This document shows, piece by piece, positions 35,501 through 46,958 of a DNA stretch of 64,000 nucleotides (position 1 is the first letter of the stretch; every line of letters begins with the position of its first letter). The stretch lies in NCBI GenBank assembly GCA_037447605.1, contig CM074809.1, forward strand, positions 3,214,689 through 3,278,688. The letters are read 5' to 3'. Origin of the DNA: Zygnema circumcarinatum SAG 698-1b. Its lineage: Eukaryota > Plantae > Zygnematophyceae. The notes beneath the pieces were generated by a model. The model was not told the origin of the DNA. It searched no databases and worked only from the letters and a program-made list of their open reading frames with translations. Both the position numbers and the translations under genes were made by a program.

Positions 35501-38500
35501 TCTCCCTCTCCCTCTCTCCCCATCTCTCTCCCTCTCTCTCTCTCCCCTCCCACTCTCTCTCCCTCTCTCTCCCTCTCGCTCCCCCTCTCCCTCTCGCTCT
35601 CTCTCTCTCCCCCCTCCCTACATGCTTGCCTAGTCCCCGCTTTCCGACTAACTCCCCCCTCTCCTTCCAGAGCACAAGTACGCGATCGTGGCCCAGCTTC
35701 AGACCGCGGGGCACATCGTGGGCATGACCGGCGACGGCGTGAACGACGCGCCCGCCCTAAAAAAGGCGAACATCGGAATCGCCGTTGACGACGCCACGGA
35801 CGCGGCCCGCGGGGCCGCCGACATCGCCCTCACGGAGCCGGGGCTCAGCGTCATCATCCACGCGGTGCTCACCGCGAGGTGCATCTTCCAGAGGATGAAG
35901 AACTACACGGTGAGGGAGGGAGGGAGGGAGGGAGGGNNNNNNNNNNTGGGTTTTTGTGTGTGTGTGCCATAGAGAAAGCGAGAGGGGGAGAGAGAGAATG
36001 TTAGAGGGGGGGGAGGGAGAGACCTTGTCAGTAACCTTGTTATGATGAGTGCAGGAGGTGCCGGACGGCAACAAGGACAGTCCCGGCGGGCCGTGGGAGA
36101 TGGCGGGCCTCCTCCCTCTCTACGACCCTCCGCGGCACGACAGCGCGGAGACCATCCGGCAGGCCTTGGAGCTCGGGGTCAAAGTCAAAATGATCACAGG
36201 TGGGAAGGCCACAGCCCCTGCAGCGGGCCGAGGCAGGGAGAGGGAGAGAGAGAAAGAGAGGGAGAGGGACGAGGGAGAGGGAGAGGGCGAGGGCGAGGGA
36301 GAGGGAGAGGAAGAGGGAGAGGGACAGGGAGAGGGAGAGGGAGAAAGCTGCCTGCCTTAAAATTTCATTTAAAACTACTGCCACTTTTATTAGATTTATT
36401 TTTCTGTTGTTTTTTGACGTCTTTTGTGTTTTCTCATCGCATTTTTTTGGACGCGTAAATAGGGGACCAGCTTGCCATCGCGATAGAAACTGGAAGAAGA
36501 CTGGGAATGGGGTCCGAAATGTATCCTTCAACCAACCTCTTCAGTGGCAAGCAGAAAGATCCGGATCGAACACTTGCGGAAATTATAGAAGATGCCGACG
36601 GATTTGCAGGAGTGTTTCCTGGTGAGCATAGAAATTGAAAAACGTATGCTTTCTGCGTTATCAATTAATCCATCAATCAGCCAAAACCCGGACTACTAAC
36701 TCAAATTCATCGTTCTCTCTCTCCCCCTATCTCTCTCTCTCTAGTTCTCTCTCTCCCTATCTCTCTCTCCCTCTCTCTCCCCTCCTCTCTCCCTCCTCTC
36801 TCCCTCTCTCTCCCTCTCTCTCTCCCTGTCTCTTCCTCCCTCTCTCCTCCCTCTCTCCCTTTCTCCCTCTCTCCCTCTCCCTCTCTCCCCATCTCTCTCC
36901 CTCTCTCTCTCTCCCCTCCCACTCTCTCTCCCTCTCTCTCCCTCTCGCTCCCCCTCTCCCTCTCGCTCTCTCTCTCTCCCCCCTCCCTACATGCTTGCCT
37001 AGTCCCCGCTTTCCGACTAACTCCCCCCTCTCCTTCCAGAGCACAAGTACGCGATCGTGGCCCAGCTTCAGACCGCGGGGCACATCGTGGGCATGACCGG
37101 CGACGGCGTGAACGACGCGCCCGCCCTAAAAAAGGCGAACATCGGAATCGCCGTTGACGACGCCACGGACGCGGCCCGCGGGGCCGCCGACATCGCCCTC
37201 ACGGAGCCGGGGCTCAGCGTCATCATCCACGCGGTGCTCACCGCGAGGTGCATCTTCCAGAGGATGAAGAACTACACGGTGAGGGAGGGAGGGAGGGAGG
37301 AGGGAGGGAGGGAGGGAGGAGGGAGGGAGAGAGAGAGAGGGAGAGAGAGGGGAGGGAGAGAGAGAGGGAGAGAGAGAGGGAGAGAGGGGAGGGAGAGAGA
37401 GAGGGAGAGAGGGGAGGGAGAGAGAGAGAGGGAGAGAGGGGGAGAGAGAGGGAGAGAGAGAGAGGGAGAGAGAGGGAGAGAGAGGGAGAGAGGGGAGGGA
37501 GAGAGAGGGGAGGGAGGGAGGGAGGGAGGAGGGTTGGAGGGGCGGAGGGGAGGGAGGGAGGGGAGGGAGGGGGGAGGGGAGGCAGCATGTTGGGTGGGTT
37601 AGTACTGAGAAGATGGGATGAATGGGAGCTGGTTTAGGACTGTGGGGGCTTTAGTTTTTTTTCGCTCTACTTGGTTACGGGTTGGTTGAAAGGCTTCCGT
37701 TTTTTGAGCTGATTCTCGTTTTGTGCTGACTGGGTTTCGTGGTTTGGAGGGTTTCTCAGATCTACGCAACATCGATCACCATTCGTATTGTTGTGAGTTT
37801 ACAGCAGGCTCAATTTGGTTGGGTTCAATCACATTGCCAGAATTAATCTTGTCACACACTTTTCGTTCCATTTTACGCTCTCGTGAGAGGATGAGTGCTT
37901 CTGTCCAAGTCGCTTGTGATGACTTTAAAGCACTAACATCTACCTGAAAAATGTTCCAGCTTGGATTCATGGTCCTCACTCTCGTATATAAGTACGACTT
38001 CTCGCCCTTCATGACTCTGGTCATCGCAATTCTTAATGATGGTAATTCTCCTCCCTCCCCTCCCTCCCTCCCTCCCTCCCTCCCCTCCCTCTTTCCCTCC
38101 CTCCCTCCATCCCCCACTTCACTCATCGTAGCCATCGTGCTGGTTACAATCCACACACTCCCTCTTACATCGATGACGTAAACAAAGAATGAACATGGCT
38201 CCTTCTCCTCCGGCGGATTGACTGCGTGCAGGCACCATTCTCTCCATCTCCACCGACAATGTGAAACCTTCTCCCCATCCGGACAGCTGGAGGCTCAAGG
38301 AAATTTTCGTGACTGGAATCGGCTTCGGTATTTACTTAGCCCTCACGAGCATTCTTTTCTTCTATCTCGAGCGTAGCACCACCTTTTTTCAAGTAAGCAA
38401 TTCTCAATTCCTTCACACCTTCTCATGAAAGGTTACTCTCTCAGCCTTAGCATCCCAAAAGAAACAACAACATTGACATTGAAACTTGACCCAAGTATGA

Positions 38501-39619
38501 GTGAGCTTGCTTGATTCAAGATCCTTCTTTTTGGGCGGCACTTGATTAGGATGTATTTGGAGTTCAAGACCTCGCCGAGTACAGAATGGAGCTGACGGCG
38601 ATCGTGTATCTTCAAGTGAGCATATCGAGTCAGGCCCTCATCTTCGTGACCCGCTCTCAGGGCTTCTCCTACTTTGAACGGCCCGGCACGCTCCTCATAG
38701 TGGCCTTCATTACGGCACAACTGGTAAGAAAATTGTGACATGGGGGGGTCGAGAGAGAGAGTGCGAGAGAGGGAGAGAGGGGGAGGGAGAGAGAGGGGGA
38801 GAGAGAGGGGGAGAGAGGGGGAGGGGGAGTGAGAGGGAGGGAGAGAGAGAGGGGGAGAGAGAGGGGGAGAGAGGGGGAGGGGGAGTGAGAGGGAGGGAGA
38901 GAGAGAGGGGGAGAGGGAAGGGGGAGAGAGGGGGAGAGAGAGTGAGAGGGAGGGAGAGAGAGAGGGGGAGAGAGAGATGGCTGCAGCAAAAAGGTCAGAA
39001 TCTGAGAGGATGAAGAGTGAATACAATGAGAACTCGATGATGTTTCTCTCCCTGTCCATTTTTCAATATTGTTCGTACTTACCTTCGATATCCTCAACTT
39101 TGATTTTTGTTTGGTATGCAGATTGCGACTTTGATCACTGTTTATGCCGATTTCAGCACTTTTGCGCAACTGCAGCATGTGGGCTGGGGCTGGGCCGGAG
39201 TCGTCTGGCTTTACAGGTAAGGGAAAAGTTAAAAAAACAAAGGAAACGATGAACAAAAAAGTAAAACAGGAGAAGACGAGCGAAATTTTCTGTATTTCTC
39301 CACGTTTACCAGACTTCTCACTTTTTTCCCGAGCCGCTTCCCGAGCTTTAGCTGATCTCAACCTCTTTTGGTGCTTTGATCTAAAACCATTACTAACTGA
39401 CTGACTGACTGACTAAAAACTCGAGTTCCCATGCATGGGTTGCATTGCAGCCTCATTATTTACGTGCCCCTCGACTTCCTCAAATTCGGCATGCGATATC
39501 TGATCGATGGAGGCAATGATACTTATCAGAACGGTAACCGAAGTAGCAGTAGTAGTAGTCGAGGAGGGGGAGGCAGGAGCAGGTCTCCGAGTCTGGGCAC
39601 CGGCACGAGTGGGAGCTGA
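30100..39619 (+). CDS. AHA: Plasma-membrane H+-ATPase (P3A), short C-terminus without R-domain or penultimate Thr
   Basis: Exon 1 30100-30144 ([15 protein letters not shown]) joins NEAPLEAVF. Motifs: [42 protein letters not shown] (~33536), [52 protein letters not shown]. Last exon [12 protein letters not shown]...GTGTSGS*. Confidence 0.97.
34578..37305 (+). repeat. Apparently exact 1359-bp duplication (34578-35936 = 35947-37305) across a 10-N gap inside the ATPase; probable assembly artefact
   Basis: Identical exons and introns with offset 1369. Copy 1 ends in a GGGA repeat directly at the gap. Confidence 0.9.
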
Positions 39620-40874
39620 CTCGCAGCAATGGCTGGAGGTCAGTTCACTCGCATCCCCAAATTGGCTTAAACTTCTTCACTTATGATCAATATTTCCGAC
39701 GAAAATTCATCATTAGCAGACGAGAATTGGCCTCTCGCTCTCCCTCCCTTCCTCCATCGACCACTCTCATTCTCTCCCCCTTCATCCACCTTCCCTTCCC
39801 TTCCCTTCCCCCATCCCTCCCTTCCTCCCTCCATCTACCACTCTCATTCTCTCCCCCTCATCCTCCTTCCCTTCCCTTCCCTTTTCCCCTCCCTCCCTTC
39901 CTCTCTCCATACACCACTCTCATTCTCTCCCCCTCAGCCTCCTTCCCTTCCCTTCCCTTCCCCCCTCCCTCCCTTCCTCCCTCCATCTACCACTCTCATT
40001 CTCTCCCCCTCATCCTCCTTCCCTTCCCTTCCCCCCTCCCTCCCTCCCTCCCTCCCTCCCTCCCTCCCTCTATCGGCACGGTTTTAAGAGTTGACCTGCA
40101 AATCTTGCAACTGAACGCTTCACTTATGCTTGTGCAGATTGAATGCAAAGAAATAAATTCCGGTGGAAATCTTCGTGTCTTATGGAAGGGTCCTTGGGAC
40201 TGCCGCTTTAATTTTTAACCGGAGATATTTTTTGTTTTTCCAGTGTACCGTTAAACTGATCTAACTCTGTACAGAAACCCTAGCTGCTGTTTTATATAGG
40301 AAGGTATGAAATTGAAAAATCTGTCCCGGCCTTGGCTCGAATTTGAGTGAGTCCGGAATCGGCCTTGCAATGTACTGTAAATGAGAATAGGGGAGTCAAT
40401 TTTTCAGTCTCTTCGCAAGTTGGAACCTTTTAGTGATGACGAGGAGGTAGATATAAGGCTCAGAAGGAACAATGATCAAATTTTTTAGGTTGAAAGAAAT
40501 TGTTGTTGAGAACATTGCGCCTTAAATGGCTCTGTTTTGCCTCCCCTTTTTTCTAACTCCCTCACCCTTAAAAAATACAAAAATATTTAAAAAAACTGTT
40601 TTTACTCCTACCGCCTCTCGCCCTCGTCTTAAACGAAGCACGGCAATCGCTACAGTACAGGCTGACACGTCGACATTTCCATGCTGCAATCTTTTTCTCA
40701 TTATTTTCTTATAAAACATTCGGTGAATGAAAAAGCGGTCAATATTTAACAGCTGATGCGAAAAGAGCCTCCTCCTCCGCTCGTCCTCGTCTCGAAGAAC
40801 CACGAGCAATGCTCCGCTTCAAACCCCACCTGCACACCCGACCATCTCCCCCAAACACCTCATTTTCAACTCTA

Positions 40875-40908
<34 letters not shown>

Positions 40909-40965
40909 CAAAAGCTTCGAGACCCAAACATGGGTTATTGGCGGATCTTAGCCGAGAGAGAGAGA

Positions 40966-43079
40966 TCATTGTTGATGAGAGGGAGAAACGGAGTGGGAAG
41001 TGCTGCTTTCTGTATGCGAGAGAAGAGGAGAGGGAGTACCTTGAAGGGAAGGTGGTGGAAGCAGAGTGGGTGGAAAAGGTGGCGGAGAACGCAGGGAGAG
41101 TGTTGGCGGAGGTGGTAGTGGGGAGGGAGGAGGAGAGGGAGGGGCGGAACCGGGGGGAGGAGACGGAGGAGGAGGCGAGGTGGCAGGACGAGAAGGAACG
41201 GGGAAGGGAGGAGGAGAGGGAGGGGGAGAAGGAGATGGGGGTGGAGGCGACGCAGGGGGGGAGGGAGAGGGCCTGGGAGGAGGTGAGGGAGGGGGGGGTC
41301 GACGAGATGAGGGTGGAGGAGGACGCGGGGAAGGAGGAGGAGATTGAAGTGGTGGAGAAGGAGAGAAAGGAGGAGGAGACGGAGGATGAGGGGAAGGAGG
41401 TGGTAGTGAGGGAGAGACAGGAGGAGGGAGTGGGAGGCGAGAGGCAGGAGAAGCGGGAACTGAAGTGCACAGAACGTACGTGTCTCCGTCGCTGAGATAG
41501 GAGCCTCCCTTTGGCGGGCCCTGCAAATAGCAGCCCTTGGTGCGATAGAAAAATCCAAGACAATTTTGTGTTTTCATGCACATTTCATAACATTGGGAGG
41601 GAGTTTTGGGCTGAGTGAAGTTTGTGAGGCGAGGGGCGGAGGGGGCCCAATAGCTCACTCCCGCAGCGAAAAAAAAGTTTGGAAAAGCTCTCCCACACAC
41701 CTCTGCATGAACAGATGAAGTCATTTATTAAAACATGCCTCAGTTTAGGGAATAATGCACGAAAACATAGAGAGGAATTTTAGAAACGTTTCTGCATAGA
41801 TTATCGCATTATAACGACTTCTATTGTTCATGAGGAAGGAGGAGTTTGCTGTTTACGCGCATATTGTTATGAAAATAAACTCTGAAAAAAAATGTGGCTG
41901 GGTGGAGATGCAGACCTGGGGGAGGAGGAGGTGATGGAGGGGGGGAGGGAGGAGGAGGGGGGGAAGGAGGGGGTGGCGGAGATGGAGGGAGAGGCGAAGG
42001 AGGAGGGGGAGAGGGTGGAGGGAGAGGAGGGGGAGGTGGAGAAATGGAGGGGCAATATACGTAGGATGAGCCATCAACTGTATAGGGAGCTCCTACAGGC
42101 TCTCCTTTTAAGTAACATCCCTTCCCTCGATAAAGGAAACCGAAGCAGCCGGCCATGGTGGCACAGTCCCGGTAGCAGTCGTCGGGAGAGAGAGGCTGCG
42201 TGAAGTTTCTTAGATGCGGAGTTTTTAAGCTCCAAAAACTGAGGTCTGGTTTGTAAATAAAATTGGGGTAAATTCGGCCGCAGTATTCTGCAGGTGGAAA
42301 GGAAAGTCAGTGGCAGAATCGATGAGATTTGATCACTTCATTTTTATGCTTTTTTACTTGCTAAAAAAATAGAACTGGAGAGCGATCGTAGGGGAATTAT
42401 TCCTTTGTTTTTCTGTCCTTCCTTCTTGCGCTTACCGAGAGAAGCTGGAGGGGGCCTTGGTGGAGGCAGAGAAGGAGGTGGAGAGGGAGGCGGGAACTGA
42501 GGAGAGGGAGGAGGAGAGGGAGGAGGAGAGGGAGGCGGAGAGGGAGGCGGAATTTGAAGAGAGGGAGGAGGAGTGGGAGGTGGGATTGAAGTGCATAAAA
42601 CAAATGTGTCACTGTCGGGGGAGGGCACCGGAACCCCCACAGGGGGCCCCTTCAAGTAGCAGCCGCGCCCTCTGTAGAGGAAGCCCCGGCAGCCCTCCGT
42701 GTTCCCGCACAGCGCAGAGCACTGCAGGGGGGTCCGCGGCTGAAGGAACACTCCGAGCGCGTTCGCGTTCTTCGGCCAATAGTTCACGCGGCTCGAAAAG
42801 AAATAGTTCGGGAGGGCGCGCCCGCATGTCTCTGCAACGCCGGCGGCTTCATAACCCACATTAGGATTTTCAGAAAATGAATGCATGAACAAATGTTTGG
42901 TCAGGAGCGTGAAATGAACTGCAGACATCAGCGATGAAGTCAACCAATCAAGTTAATAGGGTAGTGATGAAAAATTTGACGCAAACATCGAGGAAAGGTG
43001 GAGAAGTACGACTGTGAATTTAGGGTTAATGTGGGGTCTGGTCTGTACATGAAGTTATAACATGAGATAGTTCCGAGGC

Positions 43080-43110
<31 letters not shown>

Positions 43111-43112
43111 GC

Positions 43113-43182
<70 letters not shown>

Positions 43183-44549
43183 TGGGTCCGTACCGGGGGG
43201 AGGAGGGGTCGAGGGAGGACCCGCCGCCGGCGATGGCGGTGGCGACGGCGGCGGCGGCGGAGGAGGCGGTGGCGGCCGTACAAATCGCTGCGTGCATATG
43301 GCGGCGGCAGCGTACGGACCGTACGGTGTCAGCGAGAGGCCCAGGGCCGCTGCGACGCCACGTGGCGCGTCCGCAGCGAGCGGGAGCATCAGCACGCCCT
43401 CGGGGACTGCCACGTAGGCGTACGAAGGAGACTGGTACACCGCCACCTGTCCCCCTGGCAAGGTGGAACGCACTCAAGTCGCGTCAGTTCGCGAACGTAT
43501 ACGCCATTGCGCACTCACATGCGCTTCAGTTCGCGAACTTTCACGCCTAAAGGGAAAGGGAAGGGCGGCTGACCGTTGGCGGAGGCGGATGTGGACTTGA
43601 AGGAGCTCGCTATGGCGGCGCTCGGGCCGCGAACTTCGTCGAACTCGAGCATGTCCACTGCGAGGTTGAAGGTGCCGAGCTGGAAGGCGGCCCCGCTCGT
43701 GACCAGAACGCGGCGCTGTACTGTGTCGAAGGCGAAGGAATTAGGGTTTGGGAGGGAGGCGGAGGCGCGGGAGAGCGGGCGCGGGTCGAGGAGGGGGAAG
43801 GGGAAGGAGACGAGGGAGGCGTCCGCGGAGAGGCACGCGACAAAGCCGGTGCTTGCGCCGGCGGCGACGCCGGGCGAGCAGGAGCACTGGAGAGGCGTGA
43901 AGTCGAGCTGAATGCTGCGAATTTGGCTTCTTCCTGTGAGTGAAATAGAGGAGAGGGTGAACGTCACGCCGTCGGAAGAGCACGCCAAGAGAGCCATGGC
44001 GTCGGTGCATAACGAAGCGCTGAGACATGACTGCCCGGTTATGAGGGGAGTCCACACTCCCCCCCTGGTCGGCATAAGCAGAGCGCCGCCATTGTTCATG
44101 GCGTCCGCAACAAGCAAGGTGGCGCCGTCCAGCGATATGTCGACAATGGCGGCGTTTATGGGCGTGGGAACGCGAATGGTGTCGGGAAGCGGCCCGTCCT
44201 TGGAGAGGTCGACTCGCACCACGTAGCTGTTCAGACTTGTCAGGAAGACGACGCCGGCGGGGGCCGCCGCGCATGCAACGACTTGCGAGGTGGGGCCCAC
44301 ATTGGGCAGTACGGAGTCGCCCACAAAGTATCGGCGGCTGAGGTCGAGCAAATACCCTGCGGTCGAAACGGCGTTGGCCTGCACGTCGTACACGCTCCCG
44401 GTCACGAAAGCGAGGGGGAAATCGAGCGCGCTTTGGGCATGGGCTTGGGGGATGGGACCTAGCAGGAGTCCGGCGACCAGAGCAAGGAAGATGTGGGGGA
44501 GAAAGGAGGGGAAATTTTGGATGGTGGGAGGAAGCTTGGGCGAGTTCAT
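40966..44549 (-). CDS. Secreted chimeric proline-rich (SPPP, extensin/pherophorin-like) glycoprotein: signal peptide - beta-propeller-like domain - [Pro-rich - PAN/apple-like]x3 - Pro-rich; exons 44549-43574, 43454-43194, 42831-42436, 42287-41916, 41702-~41037/40966
   Basis: Hydrophobic leader (IFLALVAGLLLGPIPQAHAQ) and beta-strand repeats (YVVRVDL, IVDISLDGATLLVAD, FAFDTVQRRVLVTS). Three 6-Cys modules ExCGR.PN...QP..P..C...C....GC.GF.YR..GCYL.G...V.C. All four introns are GT-AG and phase 1. Confidence 0.8.
43078..43180 (+). repeat. (CAA)n microsatellite (~33 units) in an intron
   Basis: caacaacaa run with one CAG interruption. Confidence 0.97.
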
Positions 44550-46958
44550 GATGGCGCAGTTTCTTCTTACATTTCCTAAAGAAGAGATCGAGAGAGGGGG
44601 TCGGGGAAGGGAGGGAGAGGGAGAGGGGAAGGCGGCCGCCTCCTCCTTTCTACCGTACGGTGATACCAGGCGGGGGGGGCCCAGGCGGCAGCGCCGCAGT
44701 AACCGACAACTGTTGGGCCAGCTCGCAAGGCCGCCCGGCAGATAGTCGTTGATGCACACGTGGCGCCCTCTGATTGACTCGGCGGCGGAATGGGACCGTG
44801 AGGAGATCTTACAGATATGTCGGTGGCAGGTACATTTGGTGAGCTGTATACGTGGCACTATTTGAGTGGCTTCTGGGCAGGGTGGTACGGCCCCCCCTGA
44901 GATGCGTCCACGGTGGCCGTTGACCGCTGGGTGGCCGGCTATCCGCCAGCTGGACCAATGAGCGGCCGCCCGAAAGGAGGATCGCCGTAACGCTGGGCGG
45001 CAGCGATTGCCACGTCGGAGGAAGCTTCAACCAATCATAAGCCACCGACCACCAGATGGCTGGATTGCTGGCCTGTAGGAAAAAGAAACGTGGTTGTCGT
45101 TTTGTCATCGTGGTACACCAGGACGGACGTACCGGCCGTGACCGACAGATCCGGCAGGTGCCGCGGCTTGCCGGCCGGCGGAAAGAAATCTGGGAGGCGC
45201 CGGCAGAGGCTGTGGGTCGATACGCCGGCGATATGGCAATTGGACGGTCGAGCTTGTCACAAACGACAAAATGTCCCGCCCTGTGACCAAAGCGGCAGCA
45301 ATACCTGGCGCTTCTGATTGGATGGAGCAATCTAATGTGACGCATACATGGCACGAATAGGGTTTTGCCACGTGGTTTATGAGATTTTTTTTGAGGAGTG
45401 CTTGTCAATCTTTCAAAAAATCTCATACTATATCTAGATCAAAATTAGTACATATGTATCGAGAAGACAGAGGTTACAAATGTACGGGTTTCGAACCGAG
45501 CCCTCCGTTTTTTCCTCAAGACTGGCATTTGGCAGGGCGCGCGCGTACATCATAAATGGGCGGGGAGGAGGGGGCCGACCAAAGCGACAAGCGGCGAACT
45601 GTGCGGGCCAAATGTCGGCGTGTGATCGTAGTTTGGCGATTAGTGGACCGTACGGAACCGGGGATGGAGTGAATGCCGGCACCCAGGTCGAGCTGGCGCG
45701 TAACGTCCGTACAGGGCTGTGGCTCTTTGCCGAGGCGCCATACGCGCACCCCGAAGATGCTTTGTTCACACCCAAGTCAGCGTCAAATGAATTTCAGCCA
45801 ATCAGGATTCAGGAGTCACCACCTGGCGAGGGAAAAATCCGGAAGGGAGATGGGGCGGAGAGCGGGCGGGGGGTTTGTCGTTTTGTGACGATATATTGTA
45901 CAGTACCTTCCAGGCATATTGACGGCAGCCGGCGAAACTCTGCCGGCGGTGCCTGCCGGCCGGCGGCGGCCAGATCGTCTGACCCTTCGCTCCCGCGCGC
46001 TTATCGACAGTAGGAAAGTGTCGGCCGTCAGAGCCGATTTTACGACGATATGGCGATATGTTCGAGCAGGTCACCGACAAATGCGCGCATGTCGGAACAT
46101 TGGGAGGTGGATCGACAAAAAGCAACCTCGGAGGAAACGACCGCGAACCTCGCAACTGATGGACACGGGTCGTTGGCGTTGATGGGTGGTTTCGATGGCT
46201 GCCACAACCCAGGCTTGCCATGTAAGGACTTGGTCGGATGGTGAGGGCTGCATTGGACCATGCGTCACAGAGTCTCTTCAATAGAATTCACCAGATTCCA
46301 AGTGTGTGGATATGCATTGGTGTTACGACGGTGATGCCATCATGGAATATTGCCTTATGTGGGACCAATGTGAACGGTCACTCATGGATGGCCTGTAAGC
46401 GAGAGAAAGGTGACGAGAAGAATCTGCTACTAGGCCTAATTCCAAGATGCAAGGGCATACTGTACAAAAACCATCAACTTCGCCATCACCGATGCCTAAA
46501 CTGAAGCGCACTTGCTGTTGCGGCTGCCCGTGCCATGCCATGCAGAGGACTGCAGCAGCCCTCTCAATCCTCGTCTGCTTGAATCCCGCACAGGTGCTCA
46601 AAGGCACACCTCCTTGGCCCCCACTTGGAATGAGCCACATGTCCACCTTTGGACGCGTATACAGCCTCGCATCTCCTCAAAAGGAGTTTCCTTATTGGTC
46701 GATGTTGGCAGCTTTAACATCATTTGACTTGCTTACCACTGAGAGTGTAACAGGAAGCGCCTCCTTCACAAAGCATGCGAAACCCTGTCTATTCACTTTC
46801 TTATCCTGCTTTCCTTTTTCTCCGTTGCGTGAGCTAAAGACTTCAATTAAGCTACCACCCAGCCTTTAGATATGCGAGCTTTCCTGCAACGGGGCGATGA
46901 GGATATGGGCCACAAACAATAGCTTTAGTTGTTCCTATAAGGGACGCCCATTTCCTGA

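Noticed and set aside
34578-37305. Apparent internal exon duplication in the H+-ATPase (DPPR...GDGVND exons twice)
   Set aside because: Copies appear identical including introns and abut a 10-N gap at a GGGA repeat, which is typical of a contig-overlap artefact.
43026-43477. Poly-Cys, poly-Val and poly-Leu ORFs suggesting a metallothionein or signal peptide
   Set aside because: These are readings of the intronic (CAA)n repeat between GT-AG-bounded exons.
44800-46900. Several 70-200 codon ORFs between the glycoprotein and FPGS
   Set aside because: GC-rich promoter or UTR-like DNA with overlapping ORFs on both strands and no recognisable domain or consistent exon chain.
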